Assembly (NCBI GenBank): GCA_964344635.1
Contig: CAYFOE010000002.1
Location: forward strand, 34,953 to 98,952
Length of the DNA: 64,000 nt
Origin: Candidatus Woesearchaeota archaeon
GTDB taxonomy: Archaea; Nanobdellota; Nanobdellia; SCGC-AAA011-G17; UBA489
Direction: 5' to 3'
Of this stretch, positions 25,205-35,900 are shown piece after piece. The notes beneath the pieces were generated by a model, which saw only the letters and a program-made list of their open reading frames with translations, was not told the DNA's origin and made no database searches. Made by a program: the position numbers and the translations under genes. Position 1 is the stretch's first letter; every line of letters starts with the position of its first letter.

Positions 25205-26260
25205 TTTTTTCTTAAGAATTACTTTATTTATTCCACGCATTTCTTTGTTGTAGATTAAGAAAGATACGACTAGCATAACTGCTATCAATAAGATCAATAG
25301 CTTGAATGTGTTTTCGCTCATCTTAAAGTCTTCTTCTATTCTGCTGGGTTTTTCTAAATGTGCTGCTTTAGAGTCTATGGTTATTACTGCTGAATCAACT
25401 AGGGTGATGCCTTTGTATCTTACTTCTACACCTACCACATATAGGCCGTTGCCTAAGCCTTGTGGTAAGGATAGAGTCTTGTCTAATTTTAAGGAGTCTT
25501 TCACTGTCAAAAACTGGGATGTCCTCATAATCTCCTGATTATATGAGTTCTTAACAATGTAAACTACTTCAACTCTGTCATTTGAGAATCCTTCCATGTT
25601 CAAAGAAACTAGTACATCTCCGCTCTCGATCATTGTAACAAATTGTTTTGGAAGATTTACACTTAATTTTCCTACTGCTTTGGAGGATCCAATATTCAAT
25701 ATTACAGGTACCAGTGATCTCAAACCTCCACCTGTTGCCGAGATATATCCGGTGAAAACTCCTGATTCAGTTCCGATAAATCTTACAATTACTGTCCCTT
25801 TTTCTCCTGGTTCAAGAATTATCCTTAAGGGTTCAAATTCTATGAGGTCTTTCAAGGTCGTTCCAAATGAAAATTCAACTGTATTAGGCGCAGTATTTTC
25901 TATCATTAGTTCTTCAGAGGCACTTCCTCCTTTTAACAGGTCTATTTCAAATCTATCATTTCCTCCGATACCTACCTTGCTTCCGGATTTAAATAATGCT
26001 ACAGAAGGTGCTGCTTCTTCAACTGCAGCGGCTGCAGCGGCTGCTTCTTCTGCTTCAGGTCTTTCGATAATAGTAATATTCATACTTCCGGTCGCATCTC
26101 CGGTTATGTATGATCTTTCTATTTCTTTCTCCCCAATTCTTTCAAGGATATTTGAAGAGCCAATTAAGACTACAACGACTAATGTCAACAAGAGCAATGA
26201 AACTGTATTGATCTTTCTATTAAATTCCGCGGCAGTAAGTTTGAATTTGTTTTTTGCCAT
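25199..26260 (-). CDS. membrane-anchored surface protein (N-terminal signal-anchor, C-terminal TM), last gene of the surface operon
   Basis: LLLLTLVVVVLIGSS near the N-terminus, an EAEEAAAAAAAVEEAAPS linker, and C-terminal LLILLIAVMLVVSFLIY followed by a basic tail. Confidence 0.4.
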   Translation of the reverse strand: MAKNKFKLTAAEFNRKINTVSLLLLTLVVVVLIGSSNILERIGEKEIERSYITGDATGSMNITIIERPEAEEAAAAAAAVEEAAPSVALFKSGSKVGIGGNDRFEIDLLKGGSASEELMIENTAPNTVEFSFGTTLKDLIEFEPLRIILEPGEKGTVIVRFIGTESGVFTGYISATGGGLRSLVPVILNIGSSKAVGKLSVNLPKQFVTMIESGDVLVSLNMEGFSNDRVEVVYIVKNSYNQEIMRTSQFLTVKDSLKLDKTLSLPQGLGNGLYVVGVEVRYKGITLVDSAVITIDSKAAHLEKPSRIEEDFKMSENTFKLLILLIAVMLVVSFLIYNKEMRGINKVILKKKS

Positions 26261-26261
26261 A

Positions 26262-26666
26262 TTAAACTCTTAGATAAACTAAGGATAATTTACCAGTATA
26301 ATAGCCCATTTCATAATTTTCAGGAATTTTTAATGAGAGGACTAGTGTTTTTTTCTCGCCTGCAGGCAGATAAAATCCATTATCGCTTATATCGATATTC
26401 TCTATACCGAATAAGTATGCATTAACAATAACGTCTTCATCGGAAATAATTTCTATTTCTCTTTCAAAAACCATGTTTTCACTAATTGTCCCAAAATGGA
26501 TTGCGTCTTCATCTAAGTTTATTCCCATATATTCTCCATGAACATAATCAATGGGGTAAGATGCATAACCTGCAATGTTTATTTTTACGTAAAGCAACAA
26601 ACCTAAAATCACCAAAACTAAAAAAGAAACTAGGAATATTGCTAGATTCTTATGCTGTTTCTTCAT
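26262..26666 (-). CDS. small signal-anchored extracellular protein
   Basis: N-terminal TM segment IFLVSFLVLVILGLLLYV. 134 aa. Start-stop overlap with the upstream gene. Confidence 0.35.
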   Translation of the reverse strand: MKKQHKNLAIFLVSFLVLVILGLLLYVKINIAGYASYPIDYVHGEYMGINLDEDAIHFGTISENMVFEREIEIISDEDVIVNAYLFGIENIDISDNGFYLPAGEKKTLVLSLKIPENYEMGYYTGKLSLVYLRV

Positions 26667-27847
26667 TTTCCTAGTTTCTCCTGTAAATCGCTCATCTTAT
26701 CGTTAAATTTGGGTTTTTCACTAGCGTGCTTCATATGTCTCAACCAAAGAATATTTGCTATAATCAAGAAGATTACAAGTAAGGCTATACCTACCACATT
26801 CCAGTTTACACTGAACTTGTCAACAACTTCAAAGGCTACTCTTTCTTCTTCAAATGAATTGGGAAGACGAGTTATCATTACTAGAGTATACTCTCCAACA
26901 GGAACATTTGTAACATCCAAAAATACAGATACATCGCCCTTACCTAAGGGTTTCAGCATAATACTGTTTGAAACAGATCTCTCTGTGTAAGGCACTCCAT
27001 TTTTTTCTAAAAATACTTCTAAATAAATATCGTCAAACTTATTGTTCCACATATTTTCTAATGAAAATACTACTTTTCTAATTCCTCCAACAAGAACTTC
27101 ATTTGTAAAGTTTATTATGTCTACATCTTCGTAACCTACTGTGAAAGAAACATTTTGATGTTCTGTCATCAGTCCATCATAGTCTATGAAAGAATCTGCT
27201 ACAAATTTACCTTTTCCAAAAACAGAACTATTTATAACAATCGATCTTGTAAGAGATTTTCCAGCAATCAAAGAGCTTGCCTTGTATTCCTCTCTAAAGA
27301 TTTCTTCAGTTAAATCTTCGGTATAGATAATTAGATTGGGCTTAACTCCAAAGATGTTTTCATCTCCTCTGTTTGCAATGCCAAAATTAAAACTTATGTT
27401 TTCTCCATCGTTTACACTTTCTACTTTGAGGTCATATTCAACGTATCTTTTAGGATAAGGCACGCTTACTACAACTCTAGAGACTACACTTAATGATGCA
27501 GTAATCCCTTCTTGAGGTTTTACAATCCGGTTAACCCTTAAATCATGAGTTATCCTTCCAGATTGTTCAAATTTCCCCGGGAAAGTATAATAGACTGTGT
27601 ATAGTGCGGAGTCTCCAGATTTGATTTCTTGAATCCCTCCTTCTATTTCAAAATATTTTTCAAGAGGACCGCTTATACTTAGCGAAGCATTAACATCTTC
27701 TTCGGATGTCCCGATTAAACGAATTTCAAAACTACCGCTCCCATAAGGTTCAAAATCTAAAAAGGTATCACTGGGAGCTATTCCAATTCCCATGACTGGC
27801 AATGAAAATAAGACCAAAAAAAATAGATAAACTATACCTCTTTTCAT
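26663..27847 (-). CDS. surface protein with signal peptide and C-terminal TM anchor (CARDB-like beta-sandwich repeats, tentative); paralog of 28781..29983
   Basis: Signal peptide MKRGIVYLFFLVLFSLPVMGIGIAPS. The shared motif SVVSRVVVSVPYPKRYVEYDLKV corresponds to LTTQLILEVPYSEKYIEPELFIV in the paralog. C-terminal VVGIALLVIFLIIANILW. Confidence 0.45.
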   Translation of the reverse strand: MKRGIVYLFFLVLFSLPVMGIGIAPSDTFLDFEPYGSGSFEIRLIGTSEEDVNASLSISGPLEKYFEIEGGIQEIKSGDSALYTVYYTFPGKFEQSGRITHDLRVNRIVKPQEGITASLSVVSRVVVSVPYPKRYVEYDLKVESVNDGENISFNFGIANRGDENIFGVKPNLIIYTEDLTEEIFREEYKASSLIAGKSLTRSIVINSSVFGKGKFVADSFIDYDGLMTEHQNVSFTVGYEDVDIINFTNEVLVGGIRKVVFSLENMWNNKFDDIYLEVFLEKNGVPYTERSVSNSIMLKPLGKGDVSVFLDVTNVPVGEYTLVMITRLPNSFEEERVAFEVVDKFSVNWNVVGIALLVIFLIIANILWLRHMKHASEKPKFNDKMSDLQEKLGK

Positions 27848-27882
27848 ATTATTCTAAACTTAAAAGAAGTTTATAAGTTTAC

Positions 27883-28548
27883 CTAACTACCTAACGATAT
27901 TGCAGTAAATTGTATGTGGTCGTTACCTGTTCCGTTTACTGTGCTGTTTAATGTTAACAAGATTGAAACATTAATCTCGTCTGTGAATGCGCTGCTGTTT
28001 GCATAAGACATGTTAGGACAAACAATTTTTTCATAAGTTTGTAGGTCTTGTGCAATTAATGCGTAAGCCATTTTATCTTCTGCTGCACCACCACCAACAT
28101 AATCAAAGCAAGAGGAATTGGTCCATTCATTGTGGCTTGTATTCTCTAGCCTGTATTGGTAGCTTGGAATTGCAGTACTGAATAGGTCGTTAGCATCTTG
28201 TGTACTGTTCACTGAAAGATTGACATAAACATTTCCGTCATTTCTTAACCAGAAAGATGTTGGACTACTAAACCCGTTAGGATTATCATTAGGTTCTGTG
28301 GTATTAATCAGGGTACTTCCTGCTGCATTTATGTATCCTGTTCCGAAATTAACATTGCTGTTCAACAACGCCATGGATACAGTGGTTGAAACTGTAACAT
28401 TGACAGTTCCATGAGTTTCATTTATGATAGATAAACCTACAATTCCGCCAACACCACCAGTTACGGATAAAACTGTAATTATAGATCCTAAAACTGCTAC
28501 AAAGGCTAAAATTCCTGTAATAACTAATGTTCTATCATCAACTCTCAC
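27883..28548 (-). CDS. secreted or anchored Asn/Ser/Thr-rich protein with many N-glycosylation sequons
   Basis: N-terminal hydrophobic segment LVITGILAFVAVLGSIITVLSV, multiple N-x-S/T sites. GTG start. Confidence 0.3.
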   Translation of the reverse strand: MRVDDRTLVITGILAFVAVLGSIITVLSVTGGVGGIVGLSIINETHGTVNVTVSTTVSMALLNSNVNFGTGYINAAGSTLINTTEPNDNPNGFSSPTSFWLRNDGNVYVNLSVNSTQDANDLFSTAIPSYQYRLENTSHNEWTNSSCFDYVGGGAAEDKMAYALIAQDLQTYEKIVCPNMSYANSSAFTDEINVSILLTLNSTVNGTGNDHIQFTAISLGS

Positions 28549-28765
28549 TTACATCATCTCCTGTGGACTCAGGTAAAACTTTGATACTTAACTTAGCCCC
28601 TTCTTCATTTTCGTAAAGCTCAGCATCATAAGAATTGTTAGGTGTCTCTTCAACCGAATCGACAACTGACCAGGTGATCAGTAAACTAACAAAAATAATT
28701 ATAATAAATAAAGCTAATAACAATTCTCTTTTAACACCTGTCTTTTTTGCTTTCGCCACACCCAA
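28538..28765 (-). CDS. small single-TM protein with an acidic tail
   Basis: LLLALFIIIIFVSLLITW followed by an acidic C-terminus. TTG start, uncertain. Confidence 0.2.
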   Translation of the reverse strand: MGVAKAKKTGVKRELLLALFIIIIFVSLLITWSVVDSVEETPNNSYDAELYENEEGAKLSIKVLPESTGDDVSES

Positions 28766-28780
28766 TAACCCTCCTTTGTC

Positions 28781-29983
28781 CTATTTAAATATTTTGCTAC
28801 TGTCCTTGCCATGCATTTTCATCCTATGGTGCCATACCATCCAGATTAAATTAATGATTAACAACGCTCCAAGCCCAATTAAAATTTTGATTAATAAACT
28901 GTGTTTCTTTTTTACAAATTCACTTCTTTCAAAGTTGATTTCTATTTTTTCGTTGAATATTTCGGTTTCAAATTCTCTCTCTATTTGTGAGCTTCCATAA
29001 TAAACTGACAATCTTGTGATATATTCGGATTCATTAAACTCTCCTAGGTTGATATGGCCATTTAAAACCACATCCTCTCCGTTTGCTAGATTTACTCTTG
29101 AGGTTTCAAATGAGCCAACGAGATTGTTATGTTTATCATAGACTTGGACTTCGGCATAGACTCTTTCTAAGTCTGCATCTTGAATGTTTCTTAGTTCAAT
29201 TTCAAAGCTTGCAACTCCTTCAACTAGATTCTTAGCATAAAAATCTTCTAGAACAATTTTTGGTCCGATTACTTCAAATTCTCCGCTAAGAGTTTTTACT
29301 ATGTCTTCATAACTAACAATCAATTCTGCAGAATAAGTTCCTAATTCTCCTTCGTTATCCCACAAGAAGTTAACTTCTCTATTTTTTTCAAGGCCTACAT
29401 AAGAAATACTTTTATTCATCCTAACTTCGCTATCATCATTACTAATCACTAATTCGACACCTAAGTTCTCAACAATTTCTGAGCCTTTGTTCTTGAGAGA
29501 AACTAAGAATTTTGTACTTTCTCCTACACCTCCTTCGACAATGAACAGTTCAGGTTCAATGTATTTTTCACTGTAGGGCACTTCTAAGATTAACTGAGTT
29601 GTTAAGGAAACGCTTGCACTAACTTTATTTTCTTCGATACCGTTTAATTCTTTAACAATAAGGTTTATTTCGTTTCTGCCTTCAACCATGCCTTGAGGAT
29701 ATCCTTCTGGCAAATTCAAAAAGTACCTTATACTTTTTTCGGACAATTCTTTAACATTAAATGAGGTTTCTTCAAAATTTACGTAAGTTGCCATTGCTCC
29801 AGTTTTGCCTAAAACAATATTGATTGGCCTATTTTCGGTGTTTACAACTTTGAAACTGCCTTCAAAGTTTAGGCCCGGTTCGTAACTTATTATCTTTTTT
29901 GCAGGAGTAATTCCTAAACCTAAAACTAATGATGAACTCAAAATAAATAAAATACAAATTCCGAAGATTAATTTAAACTTCAT
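28781..29983 (-). CDS. surface protein with signal peptide and C-terminal TM anchor; paralog of 26663..27847. Its ATG overlaps the stop of the giant gene (ATGA).
   Basis: Signal peptide MKFKLIFGICILFILSSSLVLGLGITPA, C-terminal LLIKILIGLGALLIINLIWMVW. Confidence 0.45.
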   Translation of the reverse strand: MKFKLIFGICILFILSSSLVLGLGITPAKKIISYEPGLNFEGSFKVVNTENRPINIVLGKTGAMATYVNFEETSFNVKELSEKSIRYFLNLPEGYPQGMVEGRNEINLIVKELNGIEENKVSASVSLTTQLILEVPYSEKYIEPELFIVEGGVGESTKFLVSLKNKGSEIVENLGVELVISNDDSEVRMNKSISYVGLEKNREVNFLWDNEGELGTYSAELIVSYEDIVKTLSGEFEVIGPKIVLEDFYAKNLVEGVASFEIELRNIQDADLERVYAEVQVYDKHNNLVGSFETSRVNLANGEDVVLNGHINLGEFNESEYITRLSVYYGSSQIEREFETEIFNEKIEINFERSEFVKKKHSLLIKILIGLGALLIINLIWMVWHHRMKMHGKDSSKIFK

Positions 29984-32900
29984 CCTCCTCCAACCTCACC
30001 ATACCATGTAGTTAATTCTAAAACCATTCCTTTTGCACCAACTATTTCTTCATCTGGTACTGAAATATTAAAGTCTATTCTGGCTTCGTCGGATGCATCA
30101 TCCTTGCTAAGGTTATTGATGAATTTCTCATCAGCACCTGATGCGGGCATTATCCTATAGGTTATGTTTGAATCTGCTGCATCAAATGATGTGCCTTCTG
30201 TTCCGTCTCCAACTTTAACTGAGAAATAATCTATGCTATGTGGGAGACTCTGGGTTGTCCAGAATGCAACACTTGGGCCTGTAATGTTCACGTCTGCATC
30301 AACATTTCCTGAGTTTTCAATCCATATTGGACAAGGGGTGGGCGTCTGGGTTGCTAGATCGCATCCTGAGGTCTCTGACCTAACTCCTAGGCCTAATAAG
30401 CCGAAGTCAACAACTTGGTCTAAAATGTCCAATGCCACATATACGCTAAGGTTGTAATAAAATGTGTCTGGAACATTTTCTTCTGTAACGTATGGGTCTG
30501 AGGTTTTTACTGTCCATTCATAGTATCTGTTGTCATCATAGAAGTAGATTAAGTCTGTTGGCAACGTAAAGGTACAGTTGTCTTCGTTATCTAAGTATCC
30601 GTTGGCGTTAGCATCACAATTGGTTGAGTTCTCCTCAACAGTGTAAGTTCTTGCATCGTCGCATGATCCTCCACCGACTAAGAAGCAACTAATATTGATG
30701 TCATAATCTACTTGGTCTTGGTCTGGGTCTGAAGTTCTGTCTTGGCAGAAGAATTCTCCTTCTGAGACACATGAAGAGTTCCCTACTGCTGGCAATCTTG
30801 CAAATTCATTTGCAGGTGTCCAATTGAAAGTTGGCGTCCTATTTGTGTGAGTTGTTGTGTTTATTGGTGTGTTCAAGATTGCAGTTCCCGGCTCATAATT
30901 TTCAATGAATATGTAATCTGAGTCTACTTGGTCTGAAACACTGGATCTACTGTCAGTTGCTGTTACGTTACAGCTGTAATTTTCAAAATGATTGTACGTA
31001 AATGCAGACAAGTTATCTGTATATGGGTACCCTGATGGAATACCTGTTGGAGAGTTGGTTGCAAACAGAGTGGTTTGATTATAGTATTTGATTGTCAGGT
31101 CTACTGTCCCATCCACATCATCTGTTGCTGTAAAGGTGCAGTTAATTCCTGTAGTCCTATTAACGCCTGTAGGGCCTATTGATAGGTCACTAATTTCTGG
31201 TTTCCTATCTACTGTGAACATCCAGGACTCGCTTTCATTTAAAAGGTCTGAGATAGATTCTTCATCATCGTGATCGTAGGCTTCTATAAACCAGGAATGG
31301 TCTCCTGCTTTTAACCTGTACATGTCTAGAACTTCTGAGGCATTTAAACTTTTGTTTAGTATTGCAAATTCGTCTATTGATCCGTTGAAAGGATACGCAG
31401 CAGTATCGAAATCATTCCTTCCTGTCCCAATATAAACATCCCCAATATTATTTTCTGTGAAAGGCACAAAAGTATAAGATGTATTAAAAATACCATTCCG
31501 GTAAACTGAAACTTGATCACTTTCATTAAAACTAACTACAATATGTGTCCAAGTGTCTATCTCGAAAGCTCCATCCAGTATGGTTGTGGTTGTCCCAAGT
31601 TTTAATCTCAATTCATCACTAACCATCCTAATTGCAAACCCATTTGAGGAAGCCCTTTTATCAAATATTCCTCGAGTATTCCCTATAAAACGAGGTTTAA
31701 CCCAGAATGCATAAGAAATATTATTATTACGCATCCAATCATCTTGGTCCCCAAAGTTCACCCTGCTAGTATCTGAGGTTGCTTTTGAAAAAAACGTTCC
31801 TCCTAATTTTCCACCAGATTTATTTATTCTTGCATTACTTTCAATAGTCCCATTTTGTACCCCATCAGCATCTGCAAAATCAAATACTCTGGTACTGTTC
31901 TCCCCATATTTTGTATTATTGTCAAAATGAGCTAATAACAAGTAATTCCCATCTGGGACTAGAACCGGAGCTGTCCAATTATATGTTAAGTCTGTGTTGT
32001 TTTGCCAGCTTTGATTTTGGTATAACATGTCAGAATAAGCAACATCCGATTTGGATTGACCACTTGAGCCATAAATTGTTACAAATGTTAATGAGTCAGT
32101 GGAATCGTATACTGTTGAGTTCAGTAAGATTTCTCCTGTATCTGTAAAGTTAGTAGTATTAGCTGGAGCGTTTAATGTTATTTTTGGGGCTGTGTTGCTT
32201 AGTATTCCTAGTCCGAAATTAAACAGCTCAGAATTATTGACTAACTCGCTGTCATCTCCTGAGGCATTCCAGTAGTGTGTTGCACTGGTTAATTTTAAAG
32301 TGTCATTTATTTCTGAGCCAGTTAGGGTCCTATTAATTAGAATGACATCATCTAGTCCCCCATCCCAAGGAACTGGATTTCCTCCACCTGTTGAGGCTCC
32401 TGCTGCTAGCCTGTGTGAAAGTATTGCTGCAGTGTACATTGCCTGAGCATTTTCATAGGTGTCGATTACTATTCCATTTTTATAGAGAGTATAACTCCCA
32501 TTTTTATACTTAGTTAATGCTACATGGTTCCATTCTCCTGCGGTATCAAAGAATCCTGCCGTGTCTGTATTTTTTTCAGCTGCACCATTTCCTTGAATAA
32601 CTGTTATCGCACCACTTTTCTGTCCTATAAACCACCCTACATATTTTCCTGGAGCTAAAGTTGGATCGTAAACCCCTTGAGATGCAATAAATCCATTTTG
32701 GGAAAGATCATTAGATTTAACCCATCCCATCCAGGTTAGATTCCAACCATGTTGAATTTCAGTATAACCAGTACCTAAGTGTAACCAGTCTCCAGTCCCA
32801 TCAAACTCATAATGGCCACCAAATACATCGTTTGAGAAATTAACTACGGCATTTCCTGCTGGTGTTCCATTTTTATTTCCCGCCCAGTCTAAAACTAGAT

Positions 32901-35900
32901 TTGGAGTTTCTCCTACACCTAAGACTTCATCAAAATGGAATCCATATTGAGTATCTGCTACTATATCAAATGGGTATTTACTCCAATTATAAGTTATTTG
33001 GGTTCCATTACTCACGTTAAATTTATACAATAGATCATGTAACGAAGGATTTGCATTACTTGCACCATATATGCTTAATGTAACGTTATCTACTGGTAAC
33101 AAATCATCCTCAACTCTAACTTGTAGTTCTACACCTGCAGTTCCTGCATCAAAGTGAGAGTTATTTACAGGGCTTTCGAGAGTTACATTTGAGACTTCAT
33201 TGGGATCAGTAATGTGATCAAACTCTAAATACTTTTCCGTTAAGCCATCTTCATTGATAACTTTCAGATCAAATGTGTCATTCATACCGACCATGTCTGT
33301 TAAATAAGCTTTGTAATACCCTTCAGAATCAATAATTGGGAAGGTTGCAACTAGGCTAGTGGTGTTGGCTACATAAACCTCTACACGAGTATTTGCTCCT
33401 TGTACATTCCTAACATAAATTTTAACATGATGGTTTGCTGTTAGATTTTGTATGAATTCTGCTCTTATAATTTCTGTGTGGTTGATGAATTCTGTCCAGT
33501 TTCCATCTAGATATCTTGATTCATTATACACATCTGAAATAAATGAATAGTTTTCATCTAGGTGTTGTGCTGCTGAAATATTGATTTCTCCAAATCCTGG
33601 GTCGTTAGGGTAGAGTGTGATGTTGTATTCTTCTCCAGGTGTTAGTCCTGTTTTCAATAATTTCCAGGAACCACCACAGGATTGTTCGGTGTAATTCCAT
33701 TCTTGACATTTATACAAGGTATCTGCAGTTGCAACAACAGTCACAGTGGCATTAGTGAAGTTTTCTGTTTTTGGATTGATTGCATAGGTTTTTTGGAATT
33801 CTTCAAGTTCGAAAGATTCATCTAGATCGACTAACTGATTAATTGGGCTTGCAACGTTATAATCATCAAATATTACTTGCTTAATTTTTCCACTTGAAGG
33901 TTTATAGATAATATCGTACATTCCTGGAACAACACTTAGATTATGTACGGTTCCATTCCTGCCATATATTAAATCTCCAGTGTCAGATTTAACTTCTAGG
34001 AATACGTTTACTAATACTCCTCTTCCGTCTTCAACTGATTCCATAACAGTGACATTGAATCCGTTTTCGAAAATAGGGTCTTCTATTAGGTCCCATTCTA
34101 AATATGCATCATCAATCAAATTTTTGTTCATGACTTTGAGGTTAAATTCGTTCGAACTTCCGTTAAATCCGTCTAGATTCAAGGAATAATATCCTTCTCC
34201 TATGATTAATGAAGAGTCCATGATTTTATTTTTCAAATCACTAGTATAGATTTCGAATAGGTTCTTTGATTCTTGTACATTTCTTAGATACATTCCGATA
34301 GAGTTTTCTCCAGTTAAATTTCCTTCAAAAACAACTCTCAAGTATTCTCCATGGTGTATCTTGCTTCCATAAACTCCATCTTGAGCAATGGTTGTAGCTT
34401 CTAAATTTGAAATGTATCTATCTGTTTTATCTCTGTGTTCTACAGTAACAGAACTAATCAATAATTCATAGGTTTCGTTTCCTAAAACTGGAACTATCCA
34501 TTCAATGTAATCAATTTTTCCATCTTCGTTGGTGTCATGTCCGGTAAAATTGATCTTAACTCTTTTAGTATCATTTTTGCCTTGTAAATTAAACAGGTAA
34601 ATATCCTTTAAATCACTCTCCGGAATATTCGCAAATGAAAGAACGTCTTTATATTCTACAACTGAGCCTAGGATTATTTTCATTCCATTATTTAGTGTTT
34701 CAATTTGGATTGTGGGTGCAGGCGTTTCATATTCTACGATGATTTCATCGACTTTATCATTAACTAAGATAGTATCATTAACCTGTTCCTTTAAACTATC
34801 TGCAACTGCCATTCCAGTTATTGCGTTTCCGGTAATTCTGTTTACTAATTGGTCGATGAAGGAGTCGGATCCAACACCTAACTCGATAATTGTCCCATTG
34901 CCTTCGTCTAATTCTGCTGATTCAATTTCTCCTTGCCTGCCGTTTAGTATTTTCTTTAAAGAGATGTTTCCTGCTTCTTCGGGCATGTCAAATTCGACAT
35001 TGCTTTGTTCACTGCCTAAAACAATTTTTTTCTTCCATTGGACTGGCTCACCTATTACTGCGCCATATTGTATAACTTCTTCAGTATAACTTCCTTTATC
35101 TACAACGTCTCCAGCTTCTTCCTCACTAGAGGTATTGGATTTTGAGGAATCATTGTCTTCAAAATCATCTTCGATAATTAAAACATTAAACCCGTCAGAA
35201 TCTCTCAACTCAATTGAATAATTAGCTCCCTCCAAGGGCCCATATCCTATTTCTAAGGATTCTAAACCTAAAACTGAATCTTGGATATAAAATTTGATAA
35301 TGTATTCTCTTCCGATTGCATTTCTTAATCTGCAGGCGTCTTCACAAACATTTTCAAATTCTTCAATAGTATGATTGCTAATATTCAATGATTCTAAATA
35401 GTCTTTCAATAAATCTTCTTTAACTTCTTCTTCGACAATTTCGATTTCTTCTTCTACGTCTTCAACATCTTCTTTCTTAATTTCAAATACTCCCTCAGCA
35501 AAAGCTACAATTTCATTTGTCAAATTAATAGTGTAGTTTTCTGAAATATTGATATCTAATAAGTATTCCCAGTTGGTTAAACAAATTCCGTATTCAAAGT
35601 CCCACAGACTGCAACCGTATAGGTATTCTCCTTCGGCAGTTGAACTCAGTGTTAGGTTGGATTCATTAAATTTGGAGAAATTGAGGCCTGAAAAGTCGAA
35701 TCCGAATACTTTTTCAAAACTAATGTTTACTGGTTCGATTAATCCTCTTGCAGAATACTCTTCGTAGGCTAACCAACCACCTTTTTCAGGATATTTAATT
35801 TCTAAAAAATCTCCTAATCCTAGAATAAAACTTTCATTAGTTGAATTAAGATAGTTGTAAATTACGTTTTCTCCTCTAGAATTCAAAACTCCAAAATCTT